A DNA stretch of 19,692 bases from a bacterium (GCA_041640455.1 JBEQAF010000035.1:1-19692), one strand, 5' to 3'. Shown: positions 1 through 9,113, numbered from the stretch's first letter. A program made the numbers and translations. The notes: generated by a model not told the origin, from the sequence alone.

Positions 1-772
1 TAAATCTAAGATATGCAAGATAAAGATTTATAAAAAAACCTATAAGAACAAGTACAAGACCAAAAAGTCCAAAAAAATGCAGCGGCTTTTTACCAAATTT
101 ACCAAGAAAGATAATTGTGATAAGATCAAAAATCCCCGAAAGAAATCTTCTTGCACCAAACTTGCTCTTTCCAAAGATTCTCTCGCTGTGTTTAACCTTC
201 ACCTCACAAACTCTGAAGCCCTTCATATGGGCTAAATGGGGCATGAATCTATGAAGCTCTCCATACAGGGATACCTCTTCTATAACCTCTCTTCTCATAA
301 CCTTTAGACCACTATTCATGTCATGTACTTTTAAACCTGTAAGGGAAGATGTAGTAAAGTTTATCACCTTTGATGGTAATCTTTTACCAATGGGATCCAG
401 TCTGGGAAACTTCCAGCCTATTATAAGATCATAACCCTCATTTAGTTTTTCAATCAGTCTGGGCACTTCTTCTGGCTGATCCTGTAAGTCTGCATCCATA
501 GTAACTATTATCTCTCCCTTAGCTTTTTTAAAACCAGCGGCAAGAGCAGGAGATTTGCCAAAGTTTCGCCTGAAAGATATGATTTTGACCCTGCTATCCT
601 TTTCGGCAAGCCCTTCAAGTATTTTCAAGCTATTATCGGTACTACCATCATCCACAAATATAAACTCCATATGCCGACCTGCAAAAACATTGCATAGCCT
701 ATCATAAAGAGGTCTTAAGCTCTCTTCCTCATTTAAAAGTGGTATTACAACAGATATCATGCCGTTTACCAT
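1..772 (-). CDS. GT2 polyprenol-phosphate glycosyltransferase, ArnC/GtrB-like (3' end runs off the window; start at 772 or 760)
   Basis: Absent from the ORF track; translated by hand: MVNGMISVVIPLLNEEESL...FIFVDDGSTD...RRNFGKSPAL..GF...IVTMDADLQD...HDMNSGLK...YGELHRFMP...SKFG...KPLHFFG, followed by a C-terminal TM helix. Open to position 1. Confidence 0.88.
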   Translation of the reverse strand, partial: MVNGMISVVIPLLNEEESLRPLYDRLCNVFAGRHMEFIFVDDGSTDNSLKILEGLAEKDSRVKIISFRRNFGKSPALAAGFKKAKGEIIVTMDADLQDQPEEVPRLIEKLNEGYDLIIGWKFPRLDPIGKRLPSKVINFTTSSLTGLKVHDMNSGLKVMRREVIEEVSLYGELHRFMPHLAHMKGFRVCEVKVKHSERIFGKSKFGARRFLSGIFDLITIIFLGKFGKKPLHFFGLFGLVLVLIGFFINLYLAYLRF

Positions 773-799
773 ATCATAAATCCATTTATTTTCCAAATA

Positions 800-1135
800 C
801 TACTGTTCTTTATCTTTATCTATTAATGCCAGGTGTCTTACGATCTCAGTAATATTCCTTTCCAGCGATTCTATCCTCTCAAAGATCTTGAAAAGGACAT
901 AAAAAATTACCATTATGGACAGATAGATAAAAAAGTCCGCTCCACGGGTAATGTTAAAAAACCTTGCTATTTTGTTTGTCTCTTCAGGAAAAATTACCGC
1001 CAGAAGAACCGATAACCAGAAAGAGATAAAGATTATAAATCTTCTTACCTTTATTCTTCCGTTTTTAAATAGCAGAAGGTTCCAAAAAATAATCAAAACT
1101 ACGATGGAGCCAAAAAAGATCTGATATTTAAGCAA
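800..1135 (-). CDS. DUF2304-like small membrane protein (GT2 partner)
   Basis: 111 aa, about 3 TM segments, 'IARFFNITRGADF..Y' and a C-terminal 'LERNITEIVRHLAL' typical of DUF2304. TTG start with a GGAGG SD, overlapping the upstream GT2 stop. Confidence 0.8.
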   Translation of the reverse strand: MLKYQIFFGSIVVLIIFWNLLLFKNGRIKVRRFIIFISFWLSVLLAVIFPEETNKIARFFNITRGADFFIYLSIMVIFYVLFKIFERIESLERNITEIVRHLALIDKDKEQ

Positions 1136-1814
1136 AGAACCTCCTCTTTATCATTTTAAAGAAGATGTTGAGGGCATTAACATTTTTCTGCCCTTTGCTG
1201 ATTGAATAATCGGTATATCTAATATTTACTGGCACTTCTTTATATCTAAAACCCACCCTTGATATTTTTTCTATAAGCTCAGAAGCATAGGCAAATCTAT
1301 CTTCTGTAAGCTTTATCTTTCTAAAGATTTCCGATTTAAAAGCCCTCATCCCGTTATGTACATCTGTCAACTTTACTCCGTAAAGCAGATTGGTAAAAAT
1401 AATTCCACCTTTAAGTATGAGCTTTCTTAAAAATGGTATGTTTTCTGCCTTGCCCATAAATCTTGATCCAAAAACCAGATCATAGTTTTCCTCAAATATA
1501 GGCAAGACAAGAGCTTCAATATCATCGGGATTATGCTGTCCATCTGCATCAAAATGAACTATTACAGGAAATCCTTTTTTCAGGATGAACTCTGTACCTG
1601 TCTGAAGGCTGGCTCCCTTACCTCTATTTATAATATGCTTAAGCACAAATATATTAAAGCTTTTAGCTATGCGGTAGGTATTATCAGATGAGCCATCATC
1701 AACAAGCACAATATTTTTATAACCTCTCTCGATCAGCTCTTTTAATACCATACCTACCATCTTTTCCTCATTAAGCGCTGTAATGAGGATGCAGATACTA
1801 TTCTTATCAATCAA
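1128..1814 (-). CDS. GT2, DPM1-like polyprenol-phosphate sugar synthase
   Basis: VDDGSSD, NRGKGASL, FDADGQH, GSRF, TDVHNGMRAF, EVPVNIRY. No TM tail; adjacent to DUF2304. Confidence 0.9.
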   Translation of the reverse strand: MIDKNSICILITALNEEKMVGMVLKELIERGYKNIVLVDDGSSDNTYRIAKSFNIFVLKHIINRGKGASLQTGTEFILKKGFPVIVHFDADGQHNPDDIEALVLPIFEENYDLVFGSRFMGKAENIPFLRKLILKGGIIFTNLLYGVKLTDVHNGMRAFKSEIFRKIKLTEDRFAYASELIEKISRVGFRYKEVPVNIRYTDYSISKGQKNVNALNIFFKMIKRRFFA

Positions 1815-3924
1815 GCTTGATCACATCTCCTTTATGAGATCTTGTATCTATACTGAACTCCTTACCTCCCGTTACAGCCTCTTCAGAAATATAAAGCTTT
1901 TTTTCAACACTACCAGTCTTAAAAACTGCCAGCTCCGTAACCATCATGCCTTTCTCTCCAGAGCTATAGGGGATAATAAACTTTGCATAACCGTCTGCAC
2001 CTGCCTTTGACTTCTGATAGAATATAACCTTTTCAAAGGGACCCATTATCTTTATTGTAACCTCTGCCTCTTTCTCTTTACCAACAAAAGCTTTTAGTTT
2101 TGCACCAGAAACATATTCAAATATTTTGACCCTCTTTCTGCCATCCTGCGGATTTATAAAATCGGCTATAAGTCTGAAATTTCCAAGAAAACTGTCTCCC
2201 GCTCTTCCATTAAAAAGATAAAGGATACCCAACATACGAAACTGAGGTTCCAGATAGGGATATCTAATAAAATCAAAAGCCTCCCTGTCTCTTACCAAAC
2301 CTGGAATTGCTAAATATTTTACCTGATATTTATCAAGCAGGCTTTTAAAAACATCTTCCTGATGGGTAATTGATATTTTAAGACTATCGATAAAACCCTC
2401 CTGATTGCTGACAAGAAGGGCGTTGTTGGTAAAGACAGGCCTTTGCCCGAGATGAACCATATAGTACCCCATGTACCAGGGTGTGTATACAGTATATCGG
2501 GGTTTGGTGTCAGTATCAAATACATTTGCCGACGGAGGGGGAGTATTATGTCTCAGCCAGAAAAAGGCGTTTTTAACCTCCGTGTTGATTATGGATTCAA
2601 AAAGCGTTCTTGTGTTGTAAATGCTATCAACAAACATATAGAGGATTAAGATCACAGGTATAAGACCGATTATCCCTTTGAGAATTTTAAATGTTCTGTC
2701 CCAGAAAAAAAAGATGGCTATTACTATAAATGGTGCATATATATATCCAAATCTTCTCTGATTATAAGTTAGCAGGGCAAAGGAGACTACAAAAAACAGA
2801 GTAGTAATAAAAAATCTACTCCTATCCCTTATTGCAAAAAAGGCTATAAGCGGTGGAGAGAGAAGATAAAAAAAGTATATATTGGTTTTAATAAAATTCA
2901 GGTCAACCTTGCCTGTCCAGTAAATAAGGTCAAGAGCAGATTTCATCTCCAGTATGGATACAAAGCCCTTCTCTTTTTTTGCCAGAAATATAAAACCCTT
3001 TATAATCTCATCTCTAATAAACCAGATCAGCATTATAGACACTAATGCGCTTATAATTACGCCAGTTAACCTCTTTTTAATCAGATAATAGACAAAGAGA
3101 GTAAAGGCAGATATTAAAATTATTGAAAAAGAAGCAAAATAGGAATATTTACCATAGCTAAAAAGCTCTTCCTGAGGGCGCAAAATAAGATTAAAAAACA
3201 GTACAAATAAACCTAAAGCCAGGTAATTAAAGCCGAAATAACGTATTTTTTCATATTCTTTGCTGATAATACCGTAAAAGAGTAGAAAAATCACAGTTAG
3301 TCCAAGGTATAGAACCGCTCCCTGCCAGACCAGAAATAGAAGCCCCATAAATAGCACAAAAAGAGCTCTTCTTACTCTATCCTCCTTTTCAAAAAGCAAA
3401 GCAAAATAATAAAAAGCCATAAGAGCAAAGAAAATCTCTGCTGCATGATGATCACCAGCAAGCGCGTTTGTATACCAGTAGTGTAGAGGCATTATAATGG
3501 CTGCAAAGCTGCATAATATTAAAATTAATCTTTTTTCGATTATTTTTTTTCCAAAAAGATAAACGGGAATAGCAATCATGGCACCCAAAAAACAGGCAGT
3601 AAAAGAGGTTACCAGCTCTACTGTATGTTCTGAAGGTACACCTCCACCTGCTAAAAAAGAGAGAAATGCTAAAAAAAGGGAGTAAAAGGGCGGGCTTGGA
3701 AACTCTGATAACATGGGATAGCTCAGATATATGTCAGACATGGGGATATGAGGAAAGTTATGAATTATAGTTAATACCCTTCTTACGTAGTAGCTATTAT
3801 CAGGTTGATAAAACATTATGGGTGAATCTATTAGCTTATCCCAGAAAGGGAAAACCCTTATCAGAAATCCAAATAAAACTGATATCAGAACAAAAATATA
3901 ATCAGCTGACTGAGACCTTTTCAA
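1807..3924 (-). CDS. STT3-family oligosaccharyltransferase, archaeal AglB-like (GT-C/GT66)
   Basis: Multi-TM N-terminal region with PDNSYYVRR (D-x-YY-x-R), PPFY, DHHAAE, SILE (TIxE-like) and QRRFGYIY. Soluble C-terminal domain with WLRHNTP, PWYMGYY (at the WWDYG position), DSLK, VKIFEYVSGA and DGYAKFIIPYS, as in euryarchaeal-type AglB. Confidence 0.85.
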   Translation of the reverse strand: MKRSQSADYIFVLISVLFGFLIRVFPFWDKLIDSPIMFYQPDNSYYVRRVLTIIHNFPHIPMSDIYLSYPMLSEFPSPPFYSLFLAFLSFLAGGGVPSEHTVELVTSFTACFLGAMIAIPVYLFGKKIIEKRLILILCSFAAIIMPLHYWYTNALAGDHHAAEIFFALMAFYYFALLFEKEDRVRRALFVLFMGLLFLVWQGAVLYLGLTVIFLLFYGIISKEYEKIRYFGFNYLALGLFVLFFNLILRPQEELFSYGKYSYFASFSIILISAFTLFVYYLIKKRLTGVIISALVSIMLIWFIRDEIIKGFIFLAKKEKGFVSILEMKSALDLIYWTGKVDLNFIKTNIYFFYLLSPPLIAFFAIRDRSRFFITTLFFVVSFALLTYNQRRFGYIYAPFIVIAIFFFWDRTFKILKGIIGLIPVILILYMFVDSIYNTRTLFESIINTEVKNAFFWLRHNTPPPSANVFDTDTKPRYTVYTPWYMGYYMVHLGQRPVFTNNALLVSNQEGFIDSLKISITHQEDVFKSLLDKYQVKYLAIPGLVRDREAFDFIRYPYLEPQFRMLGILYLFNGRAGDSFLGNFRLIADFINPQDGRKRVKIFEYVSGAKLKAFVGKEKEAEVTIKIMGPFEKVIFYQKSKAGADGYAKFIIPYSSGEKGMMVTELAVFKTGSVEKKLYISEEAVTGGKEFSIDTRSHKGDVIKLD

Positions 3925-4852
3925 TACGAATCTCCCCTTCTCTTAATTTTTTAAAAGGCGCTCGTAATAATCCGTAAAGGGTGCCAATGCCATATATAAC
4001 ATGAAGCAGAAAGCTGGTTATGGGTAGAAATAATACCCTTGCATCCTTATCCCTAACAGCCTTTATTATACTATCAAGAATGAGGATTAAAAAATATAAA
4101 TAAAGGGGATAAAAAAATTTTCCCCCATTTGTGATTGTTATAACCAGATAAATTACAAATAAAAGCGGGATAAAATTAAAAAGATTAAAGCTTTTTGGAT
4201 AGTAGATGGTCTGCTCACCTCTTCCTCTCCCATAATTAAATATCTGTTTTATAAAGGCTTTAACTGTCTGTCTTGGCATTCTTATAATCGCTGCCTGGGG
4301 ATCATAGATTATTTTTTTTCCACTGAACCTTACCTTTTCCATAAGCTCGTTTTCCTCATTTGGATAGAGCCTCTCATTTAGCCCGCCCAGCTCTAAAAAA
4401 TCCTTTTTTCTCATAACCATATTGCAGAGAATTATCTCCTTCTCAGTGGTTTCTCGCACACTACCAATTCTTAAATATCTGCTTCTTGAAGAGCCTGTGC
4501 AGAAAACGGATTCGAAGGTTTTGCCAAAAATATAAGGTAGCAGACTAAGTTTCTCCGGTTTGAGGCTGGGACCTCCTGCTATTGTAACATCTTTATCATC
4601 AGACAGGTGTTTAATCAGTCTATTTAAGGTATCAGGCTCTGGCAGAGAATCGTTGTCCAGAAAATATATGATCTCACCACTGGCTATCTTAACCGCTCTG
4701 TTCCTTTGCATAGAAGGGTTTTTTCCATAAACTACAAAGACCTCTAAAAGCTCTTTTGGATAGTTAAGTCTTTTAACTGCTTCAAGCGCCAGCGGTTGCA
4801 ATCCAGGCTTAACAGGTATAATAACAGTAACAAAAGGAAGCGAATTTTCCAT
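3902..4852 (-). CDS. GT2 glycosyltransferase (ExoA-like) with C-terminal TM helices
   Basis: VTVIIPV, RNRAV..ASGEIIYFLDND, GGP, CNMVMRK..F..LGGLNE, KQIFNYGRGR, hydrophobic C-terminus. Confidence 0.85.
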   Translation of the reverse strand: MENSLPFVTVIIPVKPGLQPLALEAVKRLNYPKELLEVFVVYGKNPSMQRNRAVKIASGEIIYFLDNDSLPEPDTLNRLIKHLSDDKDVTIAGGPSLKPEKLSLLPYIFGKTFESVFCTGSSRSRYLRIGSVRETTEKEIILCNMVMRKKDFLELGGLNERLYPNEENELMEKVRFSGKKIIYDPQAAIIRMPRQTVKAFIKQIFNYGRGRGEQTIYYPKSFNLFNFIPLLFVIYLVITITNGGKFFYPLYLYFLILILDSIIKAVRDKDARVLFLPITSFLLHVIYGIGTLYGLLRAPFKKLREGEIRIEKVSVS

Positions 4853-4999
4853 AGGAGATATTTTATAATAAAAAGATATTAATCTATAACAATTTCTTTT
4901 ATTTTAAAGTTGATGGCTTTTATTTTCATAAATCTCTCTGCTTTCCCAAATAAACAATAAACAAGAAGAAGAATGAAGGGGCTTTTTTAATTTTCTATT

Positions 5000-6613
5000 T
5001 CATTGATTACTAATCTTTTCTAAGATTTTTTTAATCTTTAAAACTCTTTCAGTCTCATTTCTGCTTTGCCAGATAGTTAACTGTTTTTCCAGCAGCTCAA
5101 TTATCATCTGGTCTTTTTCTCTGCTCAGCCCATAGCTTCTAAAAAAATCCAGATCAATCGGAGCCCCTTCTCCAAACTCATAAAATATGCCATTTATTTT
5201 GTAGGGTAGCGACACAGGAAGTTCCGCCTCGTCTATTATATTGGTAAAAACCCTTTTACCTTTAAAATCTTTATGAAACAATGTTACAGCTTTTAATATA
5301 GCCTTTTTCTCATCCTGCTCTCCTTCATATCCTTTCTGATATGCTGCACCAAGCTCAATGCTTTCTTTAAAATTCCATTTTTTCCCTAACATGGAGAGCG
5401 GAATTATTATAAGGTCAGTTCTAAACTTTTTTACAAGCCTTTCATAAAATAGGGGAAAATCTCTCTCTCCCCCTTCAACAATAAGAACCGCACCTTTGGG
5501 GAGCATGGATAGCTGTGATTTAGCATAGCTGTAGCTCTTTATTGAATATTTTTTAAGCTCTCCTTTGAGGTAATAGCTCTGTTGAATTATTAATCCTATA
5601 AACAGTATCGCTATAGCTCCATATCTGACATATCCTTTTAGATAGGATATGGATTTAGCGACCAGAAGCCCAAGTACAAAGTAGGCAGGCAAAAAAAAGG
5701 GACCGTATACAATGGGCATTCTCTCAGAAGCGATATCATCATATCCAAGGAGTATTACAATAAAAACACTAAACATAAGGTATAGCAGAATATGTTTTAT
5801 AAAATAGTTACGGTCTTTAATAAATATAATCACAAGCGAGGCAGTTACTGCCATAGATCCTATTAATCCTACCTCGTTTAAGGGATTGAGCGAAAGCATC
5901 TGATTTAAAAAATGCTCAGGAGTCCTTAAAAATCCTTTGTTCTGAAAGTCTAACCTAAGAAGGCTTGTGAGAAAAAATTTCAGATTATATGGATTTCCCC
6001 AGTTCCAGATGTTATCTTTTATGGCTCTAAAAGGTAGATAAAGATACACAGAAAGCCCGAATATGAAGAGAAAAGTTATAAAAAATAGTTTATTCAGGTC
6101 TGTTTCAGCTCTCTGCTTATAAATCTCATAAGCTATAAAGGGAATAAATAGAATTATGGTCTGGTGATTGCCGGCACCGAGTCCCAGAATAAAGGCTACT
6201 AAAAAAAACCGCCTGATATCTCTCTTACCGTATAGAAGAAAATAAATTAATGCAAAAAAAAGCAAGTTCAGCCCATATACCTCTCCTATTAGGGTATTCT
6301 CAAATAGGTTATCTGAGCTAAGGATAAATATTGATAAAGCTGTTTTTTCAAAGACATCTCCCTTATAAAGTTTCCAGATAGTGAGAAATATAAGGGAGGT
6401 TACGATAGAACTAAACAGGCATAATCTAAGATAAATACTTCCCGCTGGAAGAAAGTAGAAAAGTTTTCCCAGATTAATAAATAGTGGATAGGAAGGCGGA
6501 TGGGAGATACCTAATGTTGCCAGCGAAAGTGCAAACTCGGCTCCATCTGACAGGGTTGTTAGGGGAGGAAGGTAAGCTATAAAGAAAACCGCCAGCAGAA
6601 TAAATATAAACAT
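5000..6613 (-). CDS. DUF2723/TMEM260-family GT-C glycosyltransferase (putative protein O-glycosyltransferase)
   Basis: Signature 'DGAEF..SLATLGISHPPSYPLF', 'EVYGLN', 'GAGNHQT', 'YLYLPFRA...NWGNP'; multi-TM followed by a soluble C-terminal domain. Confidence 0.85.
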   Translation of the reverse strand: MFIFILLAVFFIAYLPPLTTLSDGAEFALSLATLGISHPPSYPLFINLGKLFYFLPAGSIYLRLCLFSSIVTSLIFLTIWKLYKGDVFEKTALSIFILSSDNLFENTLIGEVYGLNLLFFALIYFLLYGKRDIRRFFLVAFILGLGAGNHQTIILFIPFIAYEIYKQRAETDLNKLFFITFLFIFGLSVYLYLPFRAIKDNIWNWGNPYNLKFFLTSLLRLDFQNKGFLRTPEHFLNQMLSLNPLNEVGLIGSMAVTASLVIIFIKDRNYFIKHILLYLMFSVFIVILLGYDDIASERMPIVYGPFFLPAYFVLGLLVAKSISYLKGYVRYGAIAILFIGLIIQQSYYLKGELKKYSIKSYSYAKSQLSMLPKGAVLIVEGGERDFPLFYERLVKKFRTDLIIIPLSMLGKKWNFKESIELGAAYQKGYEGEQDEKKAILKAVTLFHKDFKGKRVFTNIIDEAELPVSLPYKINGIFYEFGEGAPIDLDFFRSYGLSREKDQMIIELLEKQLTIWQSRNETERVLKIKKILEKISNQ

Positions 6614-6619
6614 TATGGG

Positions 6620-6649
6620 ATTTTAACATAATGAAATATGATGTTACAA
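6620..6649 (-). promoter_or_regulatory. Putative sigma70 promoter (extended -10) for the DUF2723 gene
   Basis: TTGTAA-18 nt-TAAAAT with TG extension (TGTTAAAAT); the -10 ends 6 nt before the ATG at 6613. Confidence 0.45.
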
Positions 6650-6681
6650 CAGCTTATAAGGCATGGTTTTATTATTATCGG

Positions 6682-9069
6682 CTAAAACCATTTTGATACG
6701 GATATGTTAAATCTTCTCTCGTCTGAATTTGCATCTATGCGTTTATTTATCTCCTGATAATAGGCTGAGATGCTCATTAATGGGAAATTTACATTGGCAT
6801 TAAGGGTATATATAAGATTTTCTGAGTAGCTACCGCCATCTTCTTTAAAAAAATCTTTTTTTACAGTTCCAGAGAGGCTTAAAAATCTGTGAGGATAAAC
6901 CATTAATCCACCTTCGTAGGATATAGATGTTTTGGGCACATTACCACCCATTACCCCTATAAACTGATCACCTACGATTCCTGCATTATTTTTATAATTG
7001 TTATATTTTGCCATAGCTTTTACATCAAAAAGCTTTCTTGCTGCCAGTTTGCCAGTATAATAGCTGTAAGTAATCTCTTCGGTAAAGCTTTCATCATAGC
7101 TATCTTTAGACTCTCCGTTTTTTAATTCTGTCTTTCTGTAACTATAGCTGGTATGTGACCTAAGGTTGTAAGTAGGAGTATATGTGATTCTTGCAGTATA
7201 TGTAATAGCTGTCTCATCATCGTCCGTAAGTCTGTCAAGATTGTAGTAAGTGATATCTCCTACTATAGTTAGCATACGCTCGATGGCTGTATAAGTTCCC
7301 ATACCTCGATATGTCTGCTTTGACTCGCTGCCGCTTTCATAAAACACATTATCAAAACTTGCTGAAGCACCAAGGTTAAGCTGAGAGAATGGCGTATAGC
7401 TTATTCCAGTCGAAAGATTGTTTCTTAAGCTTCGCCCTTTAGGGTCTATTTTGGGATCGATAACCTTTTTTTGGGAGACGTAATCATTACTGTTAGCAGT
7501 AATTGATCCCTGATCATAGTAAGATAGCGAATCGCTGGCTGTAATGCTCATTTTATCAATACCTGAGTAGGTTATTCCATAGCCTGCTGAATGAACTTGA
7601 TAGATCTTCTGGTCATTTTCAAATTTCTTATTAAGTGTCAATTCATAGCTGGCATTCTGTGTAATCTTTGAATTAAGATCCGGTATCTCATTAAGATCAA
7701 TGCGATAGTTAAAAGTGGTATAGTCATAGGAGTTTTTAATGTTGTCAAAGAGCAGAATTATATCATGTCTGGAATTTATTTTCCAGTTTGCCCTTCTAAA
7801 TGAATAGTTAAAATTATTAGTTATAAGATTTTTACTGTAATCATCATTTAAGCTTGACATACCTTTATCAAAGCTATAGTTTAAGCCGCCGCTGAATTTA
7901 TCCATAGATACTGTTGTGCCATAAAAGTAGTAGGGCAGCCTTAGCTCTAACAGCTGATCTGTCCTTTTTTCAGTATAGGTAACCTTTGCTGGTAGGTTTG
8001 AAAACCATCTGCTTCTGTACGTTTTTAATATAAAATTACCTTCGTATTTCTCTTCTGTGACAACATTGTTATTCTCTATGCTTTTATATGAAAAATAGCT
8101 TGATGCAGACATCCAGTTACTCAGTAGTGTCCACATCAGATTGCCATTGTATTTTCTCTGTCCAAACTCAATTAGAAAATCTCTGGTTGTGTTATCAACT
8201 TTTAAATAAGAGTTTATCCAGAATCTTAAAAATCCCAAGTTTAAACTATATACGTCATACCTGCCTTTTAAAGCCTGATTGCTTTCGGTAATATAGCTAT
8301 CTATATTAAAAAGGTACGCATAAGGGACTAATGGTCCAAGCTTTCTCCTTAGTAAACCATTACCATTTCCATTACCAAATCCATTGCCACCATTGCCATT
8401 AAAAAAACCACCATTGCCATTACCATTGCCGTTACCACCTAAAAGCCCTCCGTTACCATTTCCGCCCCAGAATATTCCGTTACCGTTACCACCAAAGCCA
8501 ATTCCGTTACCATTACCATTACCGCCCCAGAACATGCCGTTGCCATTGCCATTACCAGCGCCATTACCACTATGTTTAGGATCATATAGATGGAAATATT
8601 TGGGCATTACATATTTAAAAGAAAGCATGTGATGGGTAAAGCGGTAGGTTGTTCTGTTGTAGTTATTGTCAAATCCCGATACATCAGACCTTTCTGTAAG
8701 CAGTTCTAAATAAAGCGGCATTTTTGATGGTGTTATAAGCAGGTTTATAAGCCATTGATTATTAAAATTTTCTACCCTATAATCCTGTTCATTTGTTGAT
8801 CTATCAAGTACATTGTAGCCCAGAGAAAAGTTGGTATTTAATATACCAAGAGCACCTTTCTCTAATAGATACTTTTTCTTCCAGCTAAGATTGTACTTCT
8901 GGGTAAAAAAACTATCATCAGTAACTGTATTCGTAAGATGATCTATGGTTTTTCTATCTTCGTAGGTATAGGACAAAGAGCCTCTGAGCCCTTCCTGAGA
9001 GTATGATACCAAAGGGGTTATAGTGATAAAAAGCGATATAAAAAATAGTACATATTTAATCTTATTCAT
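6682..9069 (-). CDS. Large outer-membrane beta-barrel protein (putative nanowire export/anchor porin)
   Basis: Sec-type signal peptide, many amphipathic Tyr/Ser/Asn-rich strands, C-terminal 'RFNISVSKWF' BAM-type signal; directly downstream of the OmcE-like gene. Confidence 0.75.
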   Translation of the reverse strand: MNKIKYVLFFISLFITITPLVSYSQEGLRGSLSYTYEDRKTIDHLTNTVTDDSFFTQKYNLSWKKKYLLEKGALGILNTNFSLGYNVLDRSTNEQDYRVENFNNQWLINLLITPSKMPLYLELLTERSDVSGFDNNYNRTTYRFTHHMLSFKYVMPKYFHLYDPKHSGNGAGNGNGNGMFWGGNGNGNGIGFGGNGNGIFWGGNGNGGLLGGNGNGNGNGGFFNGNGGNGFGNGNGNGLLRRKLGPLVPYAYLFNIDSYITESNQALKGRYDVYSLNLGFLRFWINSYLKVDNTTRDFLIEFGQRKYNGNLMWTLLSNWMSASSYFSYKSIENNNVVTEEKYEGNFILKTYRSRWFSNLPAKVTYTEKRTDQLLELRLPYYFYGTTVSMDKFSGGLNYSFDKGMSSLNDDYSKNLITNNFNYSFRRANWKINSRHDIILLFDNIKNSYDYTTFNYRIDLNEIPDLNSKITQNASYELTLNKKFENDQKIYQVHSAGYGITYSGIDKMSITASDSLSYYDQGSITANSNDYVSQKKVIDPKIDPKGRSLRNNLSTGISYTPFSQLNLGASASFDNVFYESGSESKQTYRGMGTYTAIERMLTIVGDITYYNLDRLTDDDETAITYTARITYTPTYNLRSHTSYSYRKTELKNGESKDSYDESFTEEITYSYYTGKLAARKLFDVKAMAKYNNYKNNAGIVGDQFIGVMGGNVPKTSISYEGGLMVYPHRFLSLSGTVKKDFFKEDGGSYSENLIYTLNANVNFPLMSISAYYQEINKRIDANSDERRFNISVSKWF
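8356..8568 (-). repeat. Coding low-complexity Gly-Asn repeat (71 aa) inside the beta-barrel gene
   Basis: GNGAGNGNGNG-MFW-GGNGNGNG-IGF-GGNGNG-IFW-GGNGNGG-LL-GGNGNGNGNGG-FF-NGNGGNG-F-GNGNGNG; mixed synonymous codons. Confidence 0.95.
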
Positions 9070-9093
9070 AAAAAAAGGGGGGTTGCCCCCCCT
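9070..9093 (-). terminator. Intrinsic terminator after the OmcE-like gene
   Basis: Minus strand AGGGGGG-GCAA-CCCCCCT-TTTTTT: GC stem, GNRA loop, U tract; 20 nt after the stop at 9114. Confidence 0.85.
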
Positions 9094-9113
9094 GATTGTT
9101 ATTCTACTTCAAA

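Noticed and set aside
8356..8568. CRISPR array or phase-variable DNA repeat
   Set aside because: The repeats are degenerate, in-frame codon repeats with no constant repeat-spacer structure.
8384..8632. Pro/Leu-rich plus-strand ORF (82 aa)
   Set aside because: It is the antisense read of the Gly-Asn repeat and has no independent signals.
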